IMG/VR virus record: IMGVR_UViG_3300009183_000050 | Span: 32,001-96,000 of that record | Length of the DNA stretch: 64,000 nucleotides | DNA from: a virus | Strand: one strand, 5' to 3' | Shown: in pieces, positions 10,355 to 20,196 of the stretch | Numbering within the stretch: position 1 is the stretch's first letter | Layout of the letters: each line of letters opens with the position of its first letter | Translations under genes and position numbers: made by a program | The notes under the pieces: model-generated | Told to the model about the DNA's origin: nothing | What the model saw: the letters and a program-made list of their open reading frames with translations, nothing else | The model's database searches: none

Positions 10355-10999
10355 ATGGCAATCGCAAATGTAACGCTTAATGATACGTTCGATGAGTGGA
10401 GAACGAAAACTAACCAGCTTATCAATATCTATGATGAGACAAATCTTCTTGCGAGATCGTCATACAATGCTACCAATCTGTCTGTTGCAACAGCGGCTAA
10501 TATTGCGGCTAACATTCTCGTAACAAACACTATCTATACAAATATTATCTATACTGCTACGAATACAGCACTACCAATCGTTCTAACATCTAATACACTA
10601 CTGATTGCTACGATTGGTTCTTATGTCAATACAGCGGCTAACAACTTCCTATCTAACTCGAACCTAGGGCTTGCATGGCGTGGTGCCAATACCGCTCAGA
10701 CAGTTGCTAATCTAGCATTTGATAAGGCCAACACCGCAGGTCTCATCGCTAACCTAGCCTATGACAAAGCTAACACAGGCGGAGGTGGTGGAGGTGGTGT
10801 TGGTGGTTACTTCGTAGGTAATGATGGTCGTGTTGGTGCGGCTAATACGGTCAATAACATCTTCACTATTACAACACCATATCTAAACACTAATGTATAC
10901 TTCTCAACTGCTGAAAACTCATTCGCTGTTGGTCCTATCTATTTGAATGCGAATGCTTCAATCACAATCAATACTGGCGCCAGAGTCGTTATTATCTAA
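10355..10999 (+). CDS. Fibre/whisker-like structural protein
   Basis: N-terminal 'VTLNDTFDEWRTKTNQL' fibre-anchor motif, AxDKANT coiled-coil repeats and a C-terminal 'AVGPIYLN..ITINTG' domain. TATAAATA at 10210-10217 upstream. Confidence 0.65.
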   Translation: MAIANVTLNDTFDEWRTKTNQLINIYDETNLLARSSYNATNLSVATAANIAANILVTNTIYTNIIYTATNTALPIVLTSNTLLIATIGSYVNTAANNFLSNSNLGLAWRGANTAQTVANLAFDKANTAGLIANLAYDKANTGGGGGGGVGGYFVGNDGRVGAANTVNNIFTITTPYLNTNVYFSTAENSFAVGPIYLNANASITINTGARVVII

Positions 11000-11016
11000 A
11001 GAGGTTATAGAAACAA

Positions 11017-11796
11017 ATGTCAATTTTAAGAGTAGATAGTTTACAACTCAATGCCGCAGGCAATGCTGGTGTTTCTATATCAAATACTTGGAATGTATCG
11101 ATTAGTGCAGGCGGTCTAGAAGGTCTAGTTGTTCAGACAACTGGTGATGTTGTTGTTAATAACCGACTGATCATCAAAGCATCAGGTCTTAACTATGCTG
11201 TCAACACAGCTATCGAAAGCGCATTCAGCACAGCAAACACAGCACTATCTGTAGCCAGCAACTCTGGTGCAACTATTGCTATTGCGGCTTTTAACCAAGC
11301 AAACGTAGCATCTGCATCAAACCCTGTGGCGAATGCTGCATATACTCAAGCCAATGCGGCTTATGCTCAGGCTAACCTTGGCGGTAACAAACTCGGTGTT
11401 TCAGGTTTCTTCAACTTCAATGATGTTGAGCTTGGTGAAAACGTAAACATTTGGTCTAAGAACTTCACAGTAAGCATTGTATCAGCCAACAATGGTTCAG
11501 GTAACATCACAGCAAACGCTCATACATTTGTTGTCAATGATGTGGTTCAGTTCACCTCAACAGGCGGTACACCAGCTAACGTTAATACGAATGCTAACTA
11601 CTACATCGTAACATCTACCTCCAATGTCATTCAAGTGTCATCGACAAGAGCAGGTTCAACACTAAATCTACAGAACATTGGTTCAGGAACAATCGTAATC
11701 TACAAACCAGTCAATGCTTCTGCTGTAGGTCCAGTTTCACTCGCTAACGGATTTACTATCAATGTGGCCACTGGCTCCACACTAGCTGTATTGTAA
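11017..11796 (+). CDS. Fibre module protein
   Basis: Starts 'MSILRVDSL'; AxxQAN repeats; ends 'AVGPVSLANGFTINVATGSTLAVL'. Confidence 0.6.
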   Translation: MSILRVDSLQLNAAGNAGVSISNTWNVSISAGGLEGLVVQTTGDVVVNNRLIIKASGLNYAVNTAIESAFSTANTALSVASNSGATIAIAAFNQANVASASNPVANAAYTQANAAYAQANLGGNKLGVSGFFNFNDVELGENVNIWSKNFTVSIVSANNGSGNITANAHTFVVNDVVQFTSTGGTPANVNTNANYYIVTSTSNVIQVSSTRAGSTLNLQNIGSGTIVIYKPVNASAVGPVSLANGFTINVATGSTLAVL

Positions 11797-11805
11797 GAGG
11801 ATTAA

Positions 11806-12198
11806 ATGAGTACCTTTAAAGTAGACGTATTACAAAGCAGAAGTGGTGGAGCTACCACATTTACTGGTCAATATACAGCAAAAGCATGGGTAAACCTTAA
11901 TGCTTCATCAGGAACACCTACCGCTCGTTCTAGTGGAAATGTTACCAGTTTAACCGATAATGGTGTTGGAGATTTTACTACAAATTTCACAAACGCACTT
12001 TCAAGCGCAAATTATTCTGTGTCAGGATCTGCTAGTGTTTTTTCCGTTGGGGCTGGCGGGGCTACTGTTGTGGAAATATATGATGCGGCAGGAGGAGGGA
12101 CTAACCCTACTACGACTACCCTTCGGATTTATGTTCATCGTAGCGGTGTAAGTGCTGTAGACCAAACATATGTTTGTGTTAACATTATAGAAAATTAA
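11806..12198 (+). CDS. Small fibre-tip-like protein (AKAWV domain)
   Basis: 'AKAWVN...SSGNVTSLTDNGVGDFTTNFTNALSSANY'; paralogous to 12208..12597 and the C-terminus of 17410..19104. Confidence 0.65.
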   Translation: MSTFKVDVLQSRSGGATTFTGQYTAKAWVNLNASSGTPTARSSGNVTSLTDNGVGDFTTNFTNALSSANYSVSGSASVFSVGAGGATVVEIYDAAGGGTNPTTTTLRIYVHRSGVSAVDQTYVCVNIIEN

Positions 12199-12207
12199 GG
12201 AACCGTT

Positions 12208-12597
12208 ATGTCTACATTCAAAGCAGATTACATCATCGCAAGACAGGAAGAAATAGCTGGTAACACCAGCTCTATTCCAGTGAAAACCGTTGTCAATGGT
12301 ACAGCAAAAGCATGGGTAAACTTTAACGGAACTGGTACGATTGCGATTAGATCGAGTTTCAATACTTCAAGTATTACAGATGGTGGTGTTGGTATATACA
12401 CATCAAACTTCACAAACGCATTGAGTGATGCTAACTTTTGCCCAAGTGGTTCTGCCGGAGTGCCAGCAGGGTCAATAGGACAATTTCAGACTTACTGGGT
12501 AGCACCCACCGCATCGACTTGTAGTGCTTCTAGTCGCAACAATGCCGGTTCGTTTGCGGATTTTGATTATGTTGCCTTGTTGATTATGTATCGCTAA
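12208..12597 (+). CDS. Small fibre-tip-like protein (AKAWV domain)
   Basis: 'AKAWVNFNGTGTIAIRSSFNTSSITDGGVGIYTSNFTNALSDANF'. Confidence 0.65.
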   Translation: MSTFKADYIIARQEEIAGNTSSIPVKTVVNGTAKAWVNFNGTGTIAIRSSFNTSSITDGGVGIYTSNFTNALSDANFCPSGSAGVPAGSIGQFQTYWVAPTASTCSASSRNNAGSFADFDYVALLIMYR

Positions 12598-12627
12598 TAA
12601 ATATAAGAAAGATTCAGGAGTAAGTTA

Positions 12628-14265
12628 ATGTCAATTACAATTAGTGGTTCATCAGGTATCGTAGGTGCAAACGGAAGTGCAATCGCACCAGCCTTAACTG
12701 GTGGTGATTTTGATAGTGGCATTTTCTTTCCAAATCCAAATACAGTGGCCTTTTCAGCAGGTGGTACTGAAGTGTTTCGGGCGAATACTGGCGGGCTTTT
12801 TTCATCAACGACTGGTCTAATAGTTGGTGCCTCAACCAGTGTTATAGCCGATTATTTTAACGGTACAGGCTCTCAGACAGCATTCACACTTTCTGGAAAT
12901 CCAGCAACTAAAAACAACACAAGCGTGTATATTAGTGGCGTGTATCAGGCTAAGTCAACATACAGCCTAAGCACAACAACATTGACCTTCTCGACAGCAC
13001 CTCCTTCTGGCACATCTAACATTGAGGTTGTGTGGAATCTACCGCTTTCTATTGGCACACCTAGCGATGGCACAATAACAGACGCAAAGATCAATTCTTC
13101 TAGTAAACTTTACAATCGAGTTAATGATATTATTAGCGTTAAAGATTACGGTGCTACGGGTGATGGAAGCACAGATGATTCTGTTGCTATTCAAAACGCT
13201 ATTAACGCAGCCGCAAATAAATGCTTGCACTTTCCTGCTGGAATTTATTTTTGTGGAACAGCATCGTTTTCAATTACATCGCCAATTGAAATTAAAGGTG
13301 TTGGCGGTCCAGCTTCATGTAAATTAGTCAGAAGTTCAAATTCTTTTGGCAATTCATTATTTTATGCAACTAATGTTACTGGCGTTAACATCCGTGATAT
13401 ATGGTGTCATTATTCAAATGCTGCAACTGTTGTAAGCGCAGATCATGCAGCCATTCAAACATACACTTGTAACAATGTTCTTATTGAAAACGTATGGGTT
13501 ACTGGCCTTTGGTATGTTGGCATTGAAATAAGCAATTGCACAAAATCTGTAGTCAATAAATGCTCAGTTCGCGGTGTCCATAATCGCGCAATATATTGCT
13601 ACCAAGCCTGTAAAGACACTATTTTTTCCAATAACCATATAGATGGCGCAATTTATGGTGGTTCAACAAAGACAACAAGTTACGGAATAAATGTCAATCC
13701 AGCTTTAATAGGTACTATAAATAACATAGTAATATCAGATAATACAATTCGTAATACAGTTTCTCAAGGAATTTCTACTGCTGAACAAACTTATGGAATA
13801 ACTATTGTTGGCAATTCAATATCTGATGTTGGCACTTCTCATGGTATTCTTGTGCAAAAAGCTAATGGTTTTTCTACTACTCAAGTAATAGTGGTTGGTA
13901 ACAACGTAAGTGGATGTGGGCAATATGGAATTTATTTGACCGAAAGTTATTACGTTACTTGCACTGGAAACGTATCACAAGGAAACACATTAGCAGGAAT
14001 AGCTGGTAATTTTATTCAAAATTCTGTAATAAGCGGGAATATATTAGATGGTAATGGTGGAGATGGAATTTATTTAGGTAATAATTCTAATCGCAACATA
14101 GTTACTAGCAATATGTGTGTTGTGAATGTAGGTTATGGGTTAAAAATAGATGGAGCTACTAGTTTTTACACTAGATATAATGATAACTATTTTTACACAA
14201 ACACTGCTGGATCAGTTTCCGATACAGGAACAGGTTCTAGTGCCGGAACAAATCTAACAGTTTAA
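12628..14265 (+). CDS. Tailspike-like protein with pectate-lyase-3 / right-handed beta-helix
   Basis: 'ISVKDYGATGDGSTDDSVAIQNAINAA...LHFPAGIY' followed by many 'I..N.I....GI' beta-helix rungs. Confidence 0.8.
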   Translation: MSITISGSSGIVGANGSAIAPALTGGDFDSGIFFPNPNTVAFSAGGTEVFRANTGGLFSSTTGLIVGASTSVIADYFNGTGSQTAFTLSGNPATKNNTSVYISGVYQAKSTYSLSTTTLTFSTAPPSGTSNIEVVWNLPLSIGTPSDGTITDAKINSSSKLYNRVNDIISVKDYGATGDGSTDDSVAIQNAINAAANKCLHFPAGIYFCGTASFSITSPIEIKGVGGPASCKLVRSSNSFGNSLFYATNVTGVNIRDIWCHYSNAATVVSADHAAIQTYTCNNVLIENVWVTGLWYVGIEISNCTKSVVNKCSVRGVHNRAIYCYQACKDTIFSNNHIDGAIYGGSTKTTSYGINVNPALIGTINNIVISDNTIRNTVSQGISTAEQTYGITIVGNSISDVGTSHGILVQKANGFSTTQVIVVGNNVSGCGQYGIYLTESYYVTCTGNVSQGNTLAGIAGNFIQNSVISGNILDGNGGDGIYLGNNSNRNIVTSNMCVVNVGYGLKIDGATSFYTRYNDNYFYTNTAGSVSDTGTGSSAGTNLTV

Positions 14266-14277
14266 AAGGAATATGCT

Positions 14278-14622
14278 ATGTTCGCTCTTGTAAAAGATCA
14301 AAAGATATTAGCGGTTGAGCATAGTGAACTTGCTCTTGCCCCTGAGATAGAACTTCATGGCGGAAAAATACTTCCTGTAATTCAATTTGTTCCACCGACT
14401 GATCATATTGCAGATGGTTCTGCTTGGTACGAATTATCAGGTGATACAGTCTATCAAAAAGCAAACTCAGTTTTTGCATTTTCCAATTATGCAGAAGCAA
14501 GAAAATTAGCATATCCCCCAATCACTGATTATATAGACGGCATTGTGAAAAATGATACGGCGCAAATAGCTGCGTATATATCTGCATGTTTAGAAGTGAA
14601 AGTTAAATATCCTAAATCTTAA
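14278..14622 (+). CDS. Fibre-associated chaperone-like protein
   Basis: C-terminal 'YAEARKLAYPPITDYIDGIVK...VKVKYPK' motif typical of small genes following fibre genes. Confidence 0.6.
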   Translation: MFALVKDQKILAVEHSELALAPEIELHGGKILPVIQFVPPTDHIADGSAWYELSGDTVYQKANSVFAFSNYAEARKLAYPPITDYIDGIVKNDTAQIAAYISACLEVKVKYPKS

Positions 14623-14644
14623 TTTTGCACTGGAGGCTAAGTAA

Positions 14645-15736
14645 ATGGCACTGACACAAGTAACCAACTCAATGCTAGCCTTTGATGGTGGCCCTCTTGG
14701 TATGCGCAACCGCATCATCAATGGGAACATGGCAATTGATCAGCGCAATGCTGGGGCGCAGATTACAGCGGCTAATTTGACCAGCAGCACATATATGGTT
14801 GATCGCTGGCAGTATTTTTCGTCTCAAGCTGCAAAATTTACCGCGCAGCAAAACGCTGGAGCTGTAACAACGGCGGTAGGTTTTCCAAACTATCTTGGAA
14901 TGACGGTTGCATCCGCAGTCACTGTTGGCGCAACTGATTATTTTTCCATTAGTCAACCAGTCGAAGGGTTTAACTTTGCAGATTTCGCATGGGGAACGGC
15001 AAGCGCAAAAACCGTAACTCTTTCATTTGTTGTTTATAGCTCTTTGACAGGAACTTTTGGCGGCACTTTAAAAAATTCTGCCGGAACAAGGTCTTATCCA
15101 TTTACATATTCAATCCCGTCTGCAAACACTTGGACAACAATATCAGTAACAGTTGCAGGGGACACAAGCGGCACATGGGTAGGGGCAACCAATGGGATCG
15201 GATGTTATGTTCAATTTGGTCTTGGGGTTGGTTCAACTTACAGTGGCACGGCGGGTGCTTGGGCGGCAACAAACTATGTATCAGCCACTGGCGCAGTCTC
15301 CGTAGTCGGCACTGCAAGCGCAACATTCTACATCACAGGCGTTCAGCTTGAAGTTGGCTCTGTTGCTACCCCATTTGAACGCAGACAGTATGGTCATGAA
15401 ATCACTTTGTGTCAAAGATATTATCAAAAAAGTTACAATATTGATGTGGCCCCAGGTACGGCAGGTGCTGCTGGAGCCATAGGTAGTATATTAAATTCAG
15501 GAGGAGCTGGATATACAACCGCTCATCTTAAAGTGCCTATGCGAACAACTCCAACAACAGTAACAATATATAATGGATCGTTTACAGGTTCAACCGGAAC
15601 GTGGACGGACGGTGGAGCCGGAGCTCCCGCGACCAGCGCAAATCTTACTGGTGCAAGTAACATTGTATTTTATACAACTGGTGGTGCCGGATCATCAACA
15701 GTATTTGGCCATTTCACAGCAGCCGCGGAGCTTTAA
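14645..15736 (+). CDS. Fibre protein with putative carbohydrate-binding (jelly-roll) domain
   Basis: 'MALTQV..RNRIINGNMAIDQR..DRW..ITGVQLEVGSVATPFERRQYGHEITLCQRYY'. Confidence 0.7.
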   Translation: MALTQVTNSMLAFDGGPLGMRNRIINGNMAIDQRNAGAQITAANLTSSTYMVDRWQYFSSQAAKFTAQQNAGAVTTAVGFPNYLGMTVASAVTVGATDYFSISQPVEGFNFADFAWGTASAKTVTLSFVVYSSLTGTFGGTLKNSAGTRSYPFTYSIPSANTWTTISVTVAGDTSGTWVGATNGIGCYVQFGLGVGSTYSGTAGAWAATNYVSATGAVSVVGTASATFYITGVQLEVGSVATPFERRQYGHEITLCQRYYQKSYNIDVAPGTAGAAGAIGSILNSGGAGYTTAHLKVPMRTTPTTVTIYNGSFTGSTGTWTDGGAGAPATSANLTGASNIVFYTTGGAGSSTVFGHFTAAAEL

Positions 15737-15738
15737 TT

Positions 15739-15918
15739 ATGTATTCAAATGCAAAATATATTAAAACGATGGGTCAAAATGTAGTCATTGAAGTTCAGTT
15801 TAATAACGACATTATTTGCGTTCCTATATATGATGAAAATCCTGTTTATCAAGAGATTATGCAACTTGTTGAAGAAGGCAAACTTACAATCGCACCAGCC
15901 GATGAGGTATCTAACTAA
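15739..15918 (+). CDS. Small fibre-associated protein (59 aa, missing from the ORF track)
   Basis: Translates MYSNAKYIKTMGQNVVIEVQFNNDIICVPIYDENPVYQEIMQLVEEGKLTIAPADEVSN. Fills the gap exactly and its stop overlaps the next ATG. Confidence 0.75.
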   Translation: MYSNAKYIKTMGQNVVIEVQFNNDIICVPIYDENPVYQEIMQLVEEGKLTIAPADEVSN

Positions 15919-16466
15919 TGTCCACGATCAGAACACAATTTGTAGGTCCTCTAACAGGTAACACAACACCGATTGGTGCTGTTTCTCCGACATTGATGGA
16001 TGCACAGGCATCTACTAGTGGAACAGCTATCAACTTTACAAGCGTCATTCCTACTTGGGCAAAACGAGTTACAATAGCGTTTAACGGTGTATCCACAAGT
16101 AGCACAAATAATCTTATTGTTCAATTAGGCGTAGCTGGCACCTATGTAATTACAGGTTATTCCGCACAAACCACTGGTATTGCAAGTTCAGTTGGGGCAA
16201 CATCTTCTTCAACCGTTGGCTTTCCCATTTATCACAATGTCGCAACATACGCTTGGTCTGGCGTTATTACATTGCAAAATGTTTCTAGTAACATTTGGGT
16301 AGCATCAGGTATTCTTGGTAACGCGACTACCACTCCACTTTCTGCAATGACCTCTGGGGTTATATCATTAGCGGGTGCTTTGGATAGTGTCCGTGTAATT
16401 GCTAGCGCAACAGGATCGCCATCAGATACTTTTGATGCCGGCTCTATCTCTGTAATGTATGAATAA
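15918..16466 (+). CDS. Fibre module / beta-rich virion protein
   Basis: 'STSGTAINFTSVIPTWAKRVTIAFNGVS...TFDAGSISVMYE'. Confidence 0.6.
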   Translation: MSTIRTQFVGPLTGNTTPIGAVSPTLMDAQASTSGTAINFTSVIPTWAKRVTIAFNGVSTSSTNNLIVQLGVAGTYVITGYSAQTTGIASSVGATSSSTVGFPIYHNVATYAWSGVITLQNVSSNIWVASGILGNATTTPLSAMTSGVISLAGALDSVRVIASATGSPSDTFDAGSISVMYE

Positions 16467-16480
16467 AAAGGGTATATATT

Positions 16481-16969
16481 ATGAATCTACTAGATAGATT
16501 AATGTGGGCTTCTGAGAACCTAGAACCAGTTCAGACAAAGTATAGGATCGTCTATGAAGATCCATCTTTCCCTGATGAAGTCGCTAAGGTTGTTGTAGCA
16601 TCTGGTGAATGGTTAGCATGTGCTTTGCATGGCGGACTACTCCCACCAGTCGAGTCATATCATAACATGACTCTTGAATTGGTCACAGATACAGGTGAGA
16701 AGATCGTCTGCAATTACTTAGAAGCACAGCAACATCGACTAGATCATAAGATTGTTGGTGAGAGAGTTCTTAATGACCCCTGCAATACAGATGAACCATT
16801 GGGACCTATGACTGAAGAAGAAGCGATTGAGTATCTTCTGATGAAAGATGTTCCAACCAGAGTATGGTCATCTGATTATAAATACAATAGAACGTTGTTT
16901 AAGATTTGCACAATAGAACAACTACCACAGACAAGAAATTATCGGAACGCTTGGAAGCTGGCGGCATAA
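16481..16969 (+). CDS. Fibre-associated protein (xxNAW family)
   Basis: 'GPMTEEEAIEYLLMKDVP...LPQTRNYRNAW'. Confidence 0.6.
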   Translation: MNLLDRLMWASENLEPVQTKYRIVYEDPSFPDEVAKVVVASGEWLACALHGGLLPPVESYHNMTLELVTDTGEKIVCNYLEAQQHRLDHKIVGERVLNDPCNTDEPLGPMTEEEAIEYLLMKDVPTRVWSSDYKYNRTLFKICTIEQLPQTRNYRNAWKLAA

Positions 16970-17021
16970 TGCATATAAGTTGGCTGCCAAAACTTATCAT
17001 GGTGAATATGCAAGTTTTTAA
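16965..17021 (+). pseudogene. Probable C-terminal relic of an HNH-AP2 homing endonuclease
   Basis: Intergenic frame reads HNAYKLAAKTYHGEYASF-stop, matching the AP2 terminal helix pattern AY..AA..YHGE(F/Y)A. Confidence 0.5.
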
Positions 17022-17048
17022 AAGCATACAGATTAAGGATAAAAGAAC

Positions 17049-17399
17049 ATGACTACCTACATTCAGGTAAACGGGCAAACGGTAGACGCATCAGCGGTTA
17101 CAGTCCCAGCAAATAGAAAATTCAGAGATGCTTGGACCTTGTCAGGTGATGTTATCTCTATTGATGTTGATAAAGCAAAAGACATTTGGAAAGACAAGAT
17201 GAGAGCGGCTAGAGCCGAAAGACTCGTTGCTCTCGATGCACAGTTCTTCCTTGCTCTCGAAAATAGTGATGATGTAAAGAAGGCTGAGATTACAACTAAG
17301 AAACAACTTCTTAGAAACGTAACAGAATTGCCTGAGCTTCTTAATGCAACGACAGTGGAAGAAATCGAAGCCGTTTGGCCATCATACCTGAACGCATAA
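17049..17399 (+). CDS. Tail fibre assembly chaperone-like protein
   Basis: 'FRDAW..IDVDKAKDIWKDKMRAARAERLVALD..KQLLRNVT...VWP'. Confidence 0.65.
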   Translation: MTTYIQVNGQTVDASAVTVPANRKFRDAWTLSGDVISIDVDKAKDIWKDKMRAARAERLVALDAQFFLALENSDDVKKAEITTKKQLLRNVTELPELLNATTVEEIEAVWPSYLNA

Positions 17400-17409
17400 G
17401 GATCAGTCA

Positions 17410-19104
17410 ATGTCAACCCTAAGCGTTAATAAGATTACCGATCTTACAGACTTCACATTCCCACCTACGACGACACTTAGTTTGGTCGGTTTTAATGCCA
17501 GTGGTACCATTAACACGGCTAATTTAAATATCACAAGTACCAGTGGTCGTATCACTGGTGACTTCGGTAATGCGACAAATGCTAACCGTGTTATATTCCA
17601 AAATAGCACGGTTAATGGTGGTTCGCGTGTCAGCGTTATGCCAAATGGCACAGCATCAAGCTCAGGTTTTGAGGCATACAGCGGGCCAAGCACCGATCCT
17701 AATAATGCTTCTATTGCCGTAATGGCGGCGCAAGGAACAACAGATGCTCGTTTTTCGTCAACTATTTCTGGCACAGGCACATATCTGCCTATGACCTTCT
17801 ACACTGGCGGGTCAGAGCGTGTGCGTATTGACACCAGCGGCAACGTGGGAATTGGCACCCTCTCTCCAACCTATGCCTTAGATGTCTATAGATCAGCGGC
17901 CGCTGTTAAACGCATTTATTCTGACACATCGGCAACTTCAATTATTGCAAACTATTCCACCGATACCGTTGGTGGGATAGCGGCATTTTATAAATACCGG
18001 GGTACTAATGCAGCACCAACAACGGTTGTAAACGGAGATATTGCAAGTCGGGTTGTATCTTATGGATACGATGGAACATCGCTTGGGCAAGTTGCTGAAA
18101 TTCGGTCAAACTTAGATGCTACGGTTGGCACTGGTAGCACTGCTGGACGGTTAACATTTTACACCACATCAAGTGGATCTAACACTGTTACTGAGCGTAT
18201 GCGCATTGATTCCAGCGGTAATATGGGTATTGGAATGACTCCATCTCTTCCTCTAGATATTACGGCGACAACGGGAAATATACGTTTAACCTCTTCAACA
18301 GGCACAAATTACGCTCAATTACAAACCATCAACGGAAGTGGTACGGCTCGTTTTGGCGTAGAGGGTTCTGGTGGAGGTAGTATTACTGCAAATTCTACTG
18401 CGTATTCCGCTGTAGTAAACCAAGCAGGCGCATATAGTTTGCACTTTGGTACAAATAATACTGTTCGTGCAACCATCGACTCCAGCGGTAATATGGGTAT
18501 TGGAACAAATTCGTTAGGTGCAGGATACAGAGTTTCGATTGTTGGTTCTGCCGCATCATCTGTACCGCTTTATCTGCATTCTGATGCAACTAATGGATAT
18601 GTGTATTCTCCAAATCCTCTAGTTATTGGATCTACTGGTGCATATACACTTAGTTTAGTAACTAATAATACCACAAAATTCTTAATTGGTTCCGCAGGCC
18701 AGCTAGGTATTGGTGGCGCAACATATGGTACATCAGGTCAGGTTCTAACCTCTGGTGGTGCAAGTGCCGCTCCTACATGGTCAACCGTTTCTGCCGGATC
18801 AAGTGCAAAAGCATGGGCGCGTTGGGATGGTGCAAGTGGAACCAGAACATCATCTTATAACGTAAGTTCGATCACACGAAGTAGTGCCGGTCAGTATATT
18901 GTAAACTTCACCACGGCGATGGCAGATGCTAACTATGCTCCAATTATGTCATGTGCGGGCGATTCCACTGTGTATAATGGGTATGGAGTTTTTCCAGGTA
19001 TGACTTCTGCTCCAACCACTACTAGCTTTGCTATGTGGACTAAATCTTATAATGGGACGGCTACTGATCCCGCCAGTGTTCAAATTGCAGTATTTGGGAA
19101 TTAA
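17410..19104 (+). CDS. Tail fibre protein
   Basis: Repeated 'ER(M/V)RIDSSGN(M/V)GIG' shaft units and a C-terminal AKAW domain. Confidence 0.75.
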   Translation: MSTLSVNKITDLTDFTFPPTTTLSLVGFNASGTINTANLNITSTSGRITGDFGNATNANRVIFQNSTVNGGSRVSVMPNGTASSSGFEAYSGPSTDPNNASIAVMAAQGTTDARFSSTISGTGTYLPMTFYTGGSERVRIDTSGNVGIGTLSPTYALDVYRSAAAVKRIYSDTSATSIIANYSTDTVGGIAAFYKYRGTNAAPTTVVNGDIASRVVSYGYDGTSLGQVAEIRSNLDATVGTGSTAGRLTFYTTSSGSNTVTERMRIDSSGNMGIGMTPSLPLDITATTGNIRLTSSTGTNYAQLQTINGSGTARFGVEGSGGGSITANSTAYSAVVNQAGAYSLHFGTNNTVRATIDSSGNMGIGTNSLGAGYRVSIVGSAASSVPLYLHSDATNGYVYSPNPLVIGSTGAYTLSLVTNNTTKFLIGSAGQLGIGGATYGTSGQVLTSGGASAAPTWSTVSAGSSAKAWARWDGASGTRTSSYNVSSITRSSAGQYIVNFTTAMADANYAPIMSCAGDSTVYNGYGVFPGMTSAPTTTSFAMWTKSYNGTATDPASVQIAVFGN

Positions 19105-19107
19105 AAC

Positions 19108-19500
19108 ATGACACAAGTTATTATATACACCAATGAAAATGGCAATGTCTCGGTTTGCTATCCGACCGGCGAGTTACCGATTGAAGATGTATTGACAAAA
19201 GATTGCCCAGAAGACGCGATCATTATCGATGCCGACACTTTGCCACAGAGCGATAATGATTTCTTCGATGCTTGGCGACTAATCAATGGTGTAGTTGTTG
19301 TTGATCTTGAGGCGGCAAAAAATATACTGTTTGATAAGTTGAATGCACTTGCAAAAATGACGGTTGATCAACGCAACATGAATAAGGCCATCGGTATAGA
19401 AAACGTAGTGTCCGATGCTGACTTTATCGCCAGCCTGACCGCTAAACGCGCCGCTATTGCGGATGCTACATCGACTGCCGAACTTCGCACTATACTATAA
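19108..19500 (+). CDS. Tail fibre chaperone-like protein
   Basis: 'LPQSDNDFFDAW...VDLEAAK...IADATSTAEL'; follows a fibre gene. Confidence 0.65.
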   Translation: MTQVIIYTNENGNVSVCYPTGELPIEDVLTKDCPEDAIIIDADTLPQSDNDFFDAWRLINGVVVVDLEAAKNILFDKLNALAKMTVDQRNMNKAIGIENVVSDADFIASLTAKRAAIADATSTAELRTIL

Positions 19501-19503
19501 ATA
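19496..19503 (+). promoter_or_regulatory. T4-type late promoter
   Basis: TATAAATA about 20 bp upstream of the ORF at 19524. Confidence 0.75.
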
Positions 19504-19523
19504 TATAAAAATCAGGTAATCTA

Positions 19524-19862
19524 ATGGCATCATATGTAGAACTTTATGTAGATCAAGGCACAAACTTCAAGAACGTCATCTATATTACAGATGACTTGAC
19601 GAACGCCTATGTCAATATCTCTGGTTATGTCATAAAGAGTCAAATTCGCCGTTCATATTACTCAGCAAATACTTCAGCCAATATTAATTGCCAGATTACC
19701 GATGCCGCTAACGGAGAGATCACTCTAACACTAGCACCAGGCGTCACATCAAACATCAGAGCTGGTCGATATCTATTCGACGTTACTGCAACAGATTCAA
19801 ATCAATTTTCTTCTAGGATACTTGAAGGTCTCATAACACTTACGCCAAGGGTTACAGTATAA
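19524..19862 (+). CDS. Ig-like (BppU-N-like) virion adaptor protein
   Basis: 'LYVDQGTNF...GEITLTL...AGRYLFDV...RILEGLITLTPRVT'. Confidence 0.65.
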   Translation: MASYVELYVDQGTNFKNVIYITDDLTNAYVNISGYVIKSQIRRSYYSANTSANINCQITDAANGEITLTLAPGVTSNIRAGRYLFDVTATDSNQFSSRILEGLITLTPRVTV

Positions 19863-20183
19863 ATGAGAATAGTCTTAGGTTCTGAAGCAAATAGACTACA
19901 GATTAGAACTGTTACAACCAGACCTGAAACTCCGGTTACATATCTCTATGGTCTGTATGATGTTGACTTTGATAGATTTGCATTATCTAACGGGCAAATA
20001 CTCATATATAATACAGAGAGTGAAAAGTGGAATGCGGTTGACAGATTTGTGGCAGCCAGTTTACCACCAGATGAACCGCACTATGGTGATATATGGTATT
20101 ATACCGTAGAAAACAAACTGCTCATGTGGGTTACAGATGGTGTTGGTGAGTTCTGGTTTGACTTTTTACCTCCCATAGAATAA
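19863..20183 (+). CDS. Small fibre adaptor protein
   Basis: 'LYDVD..LSNGQILIYN..KW' plus 'PPDEPHYGDIWY...LLMWVTDG..FW'. Confidence 0.55.
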   Translation: MRIVLGSEANRLQIRTVTTRPETPVTYLYGLYDVDFDRFALSNGQILIYNTESEKWNAVDRFVAASLPPDEPHYGDIWYYTVENKLLMWVTDGVGEFWFDFLPPIE

Positions 20184-20196
20184 GAGTGCGTATTAA

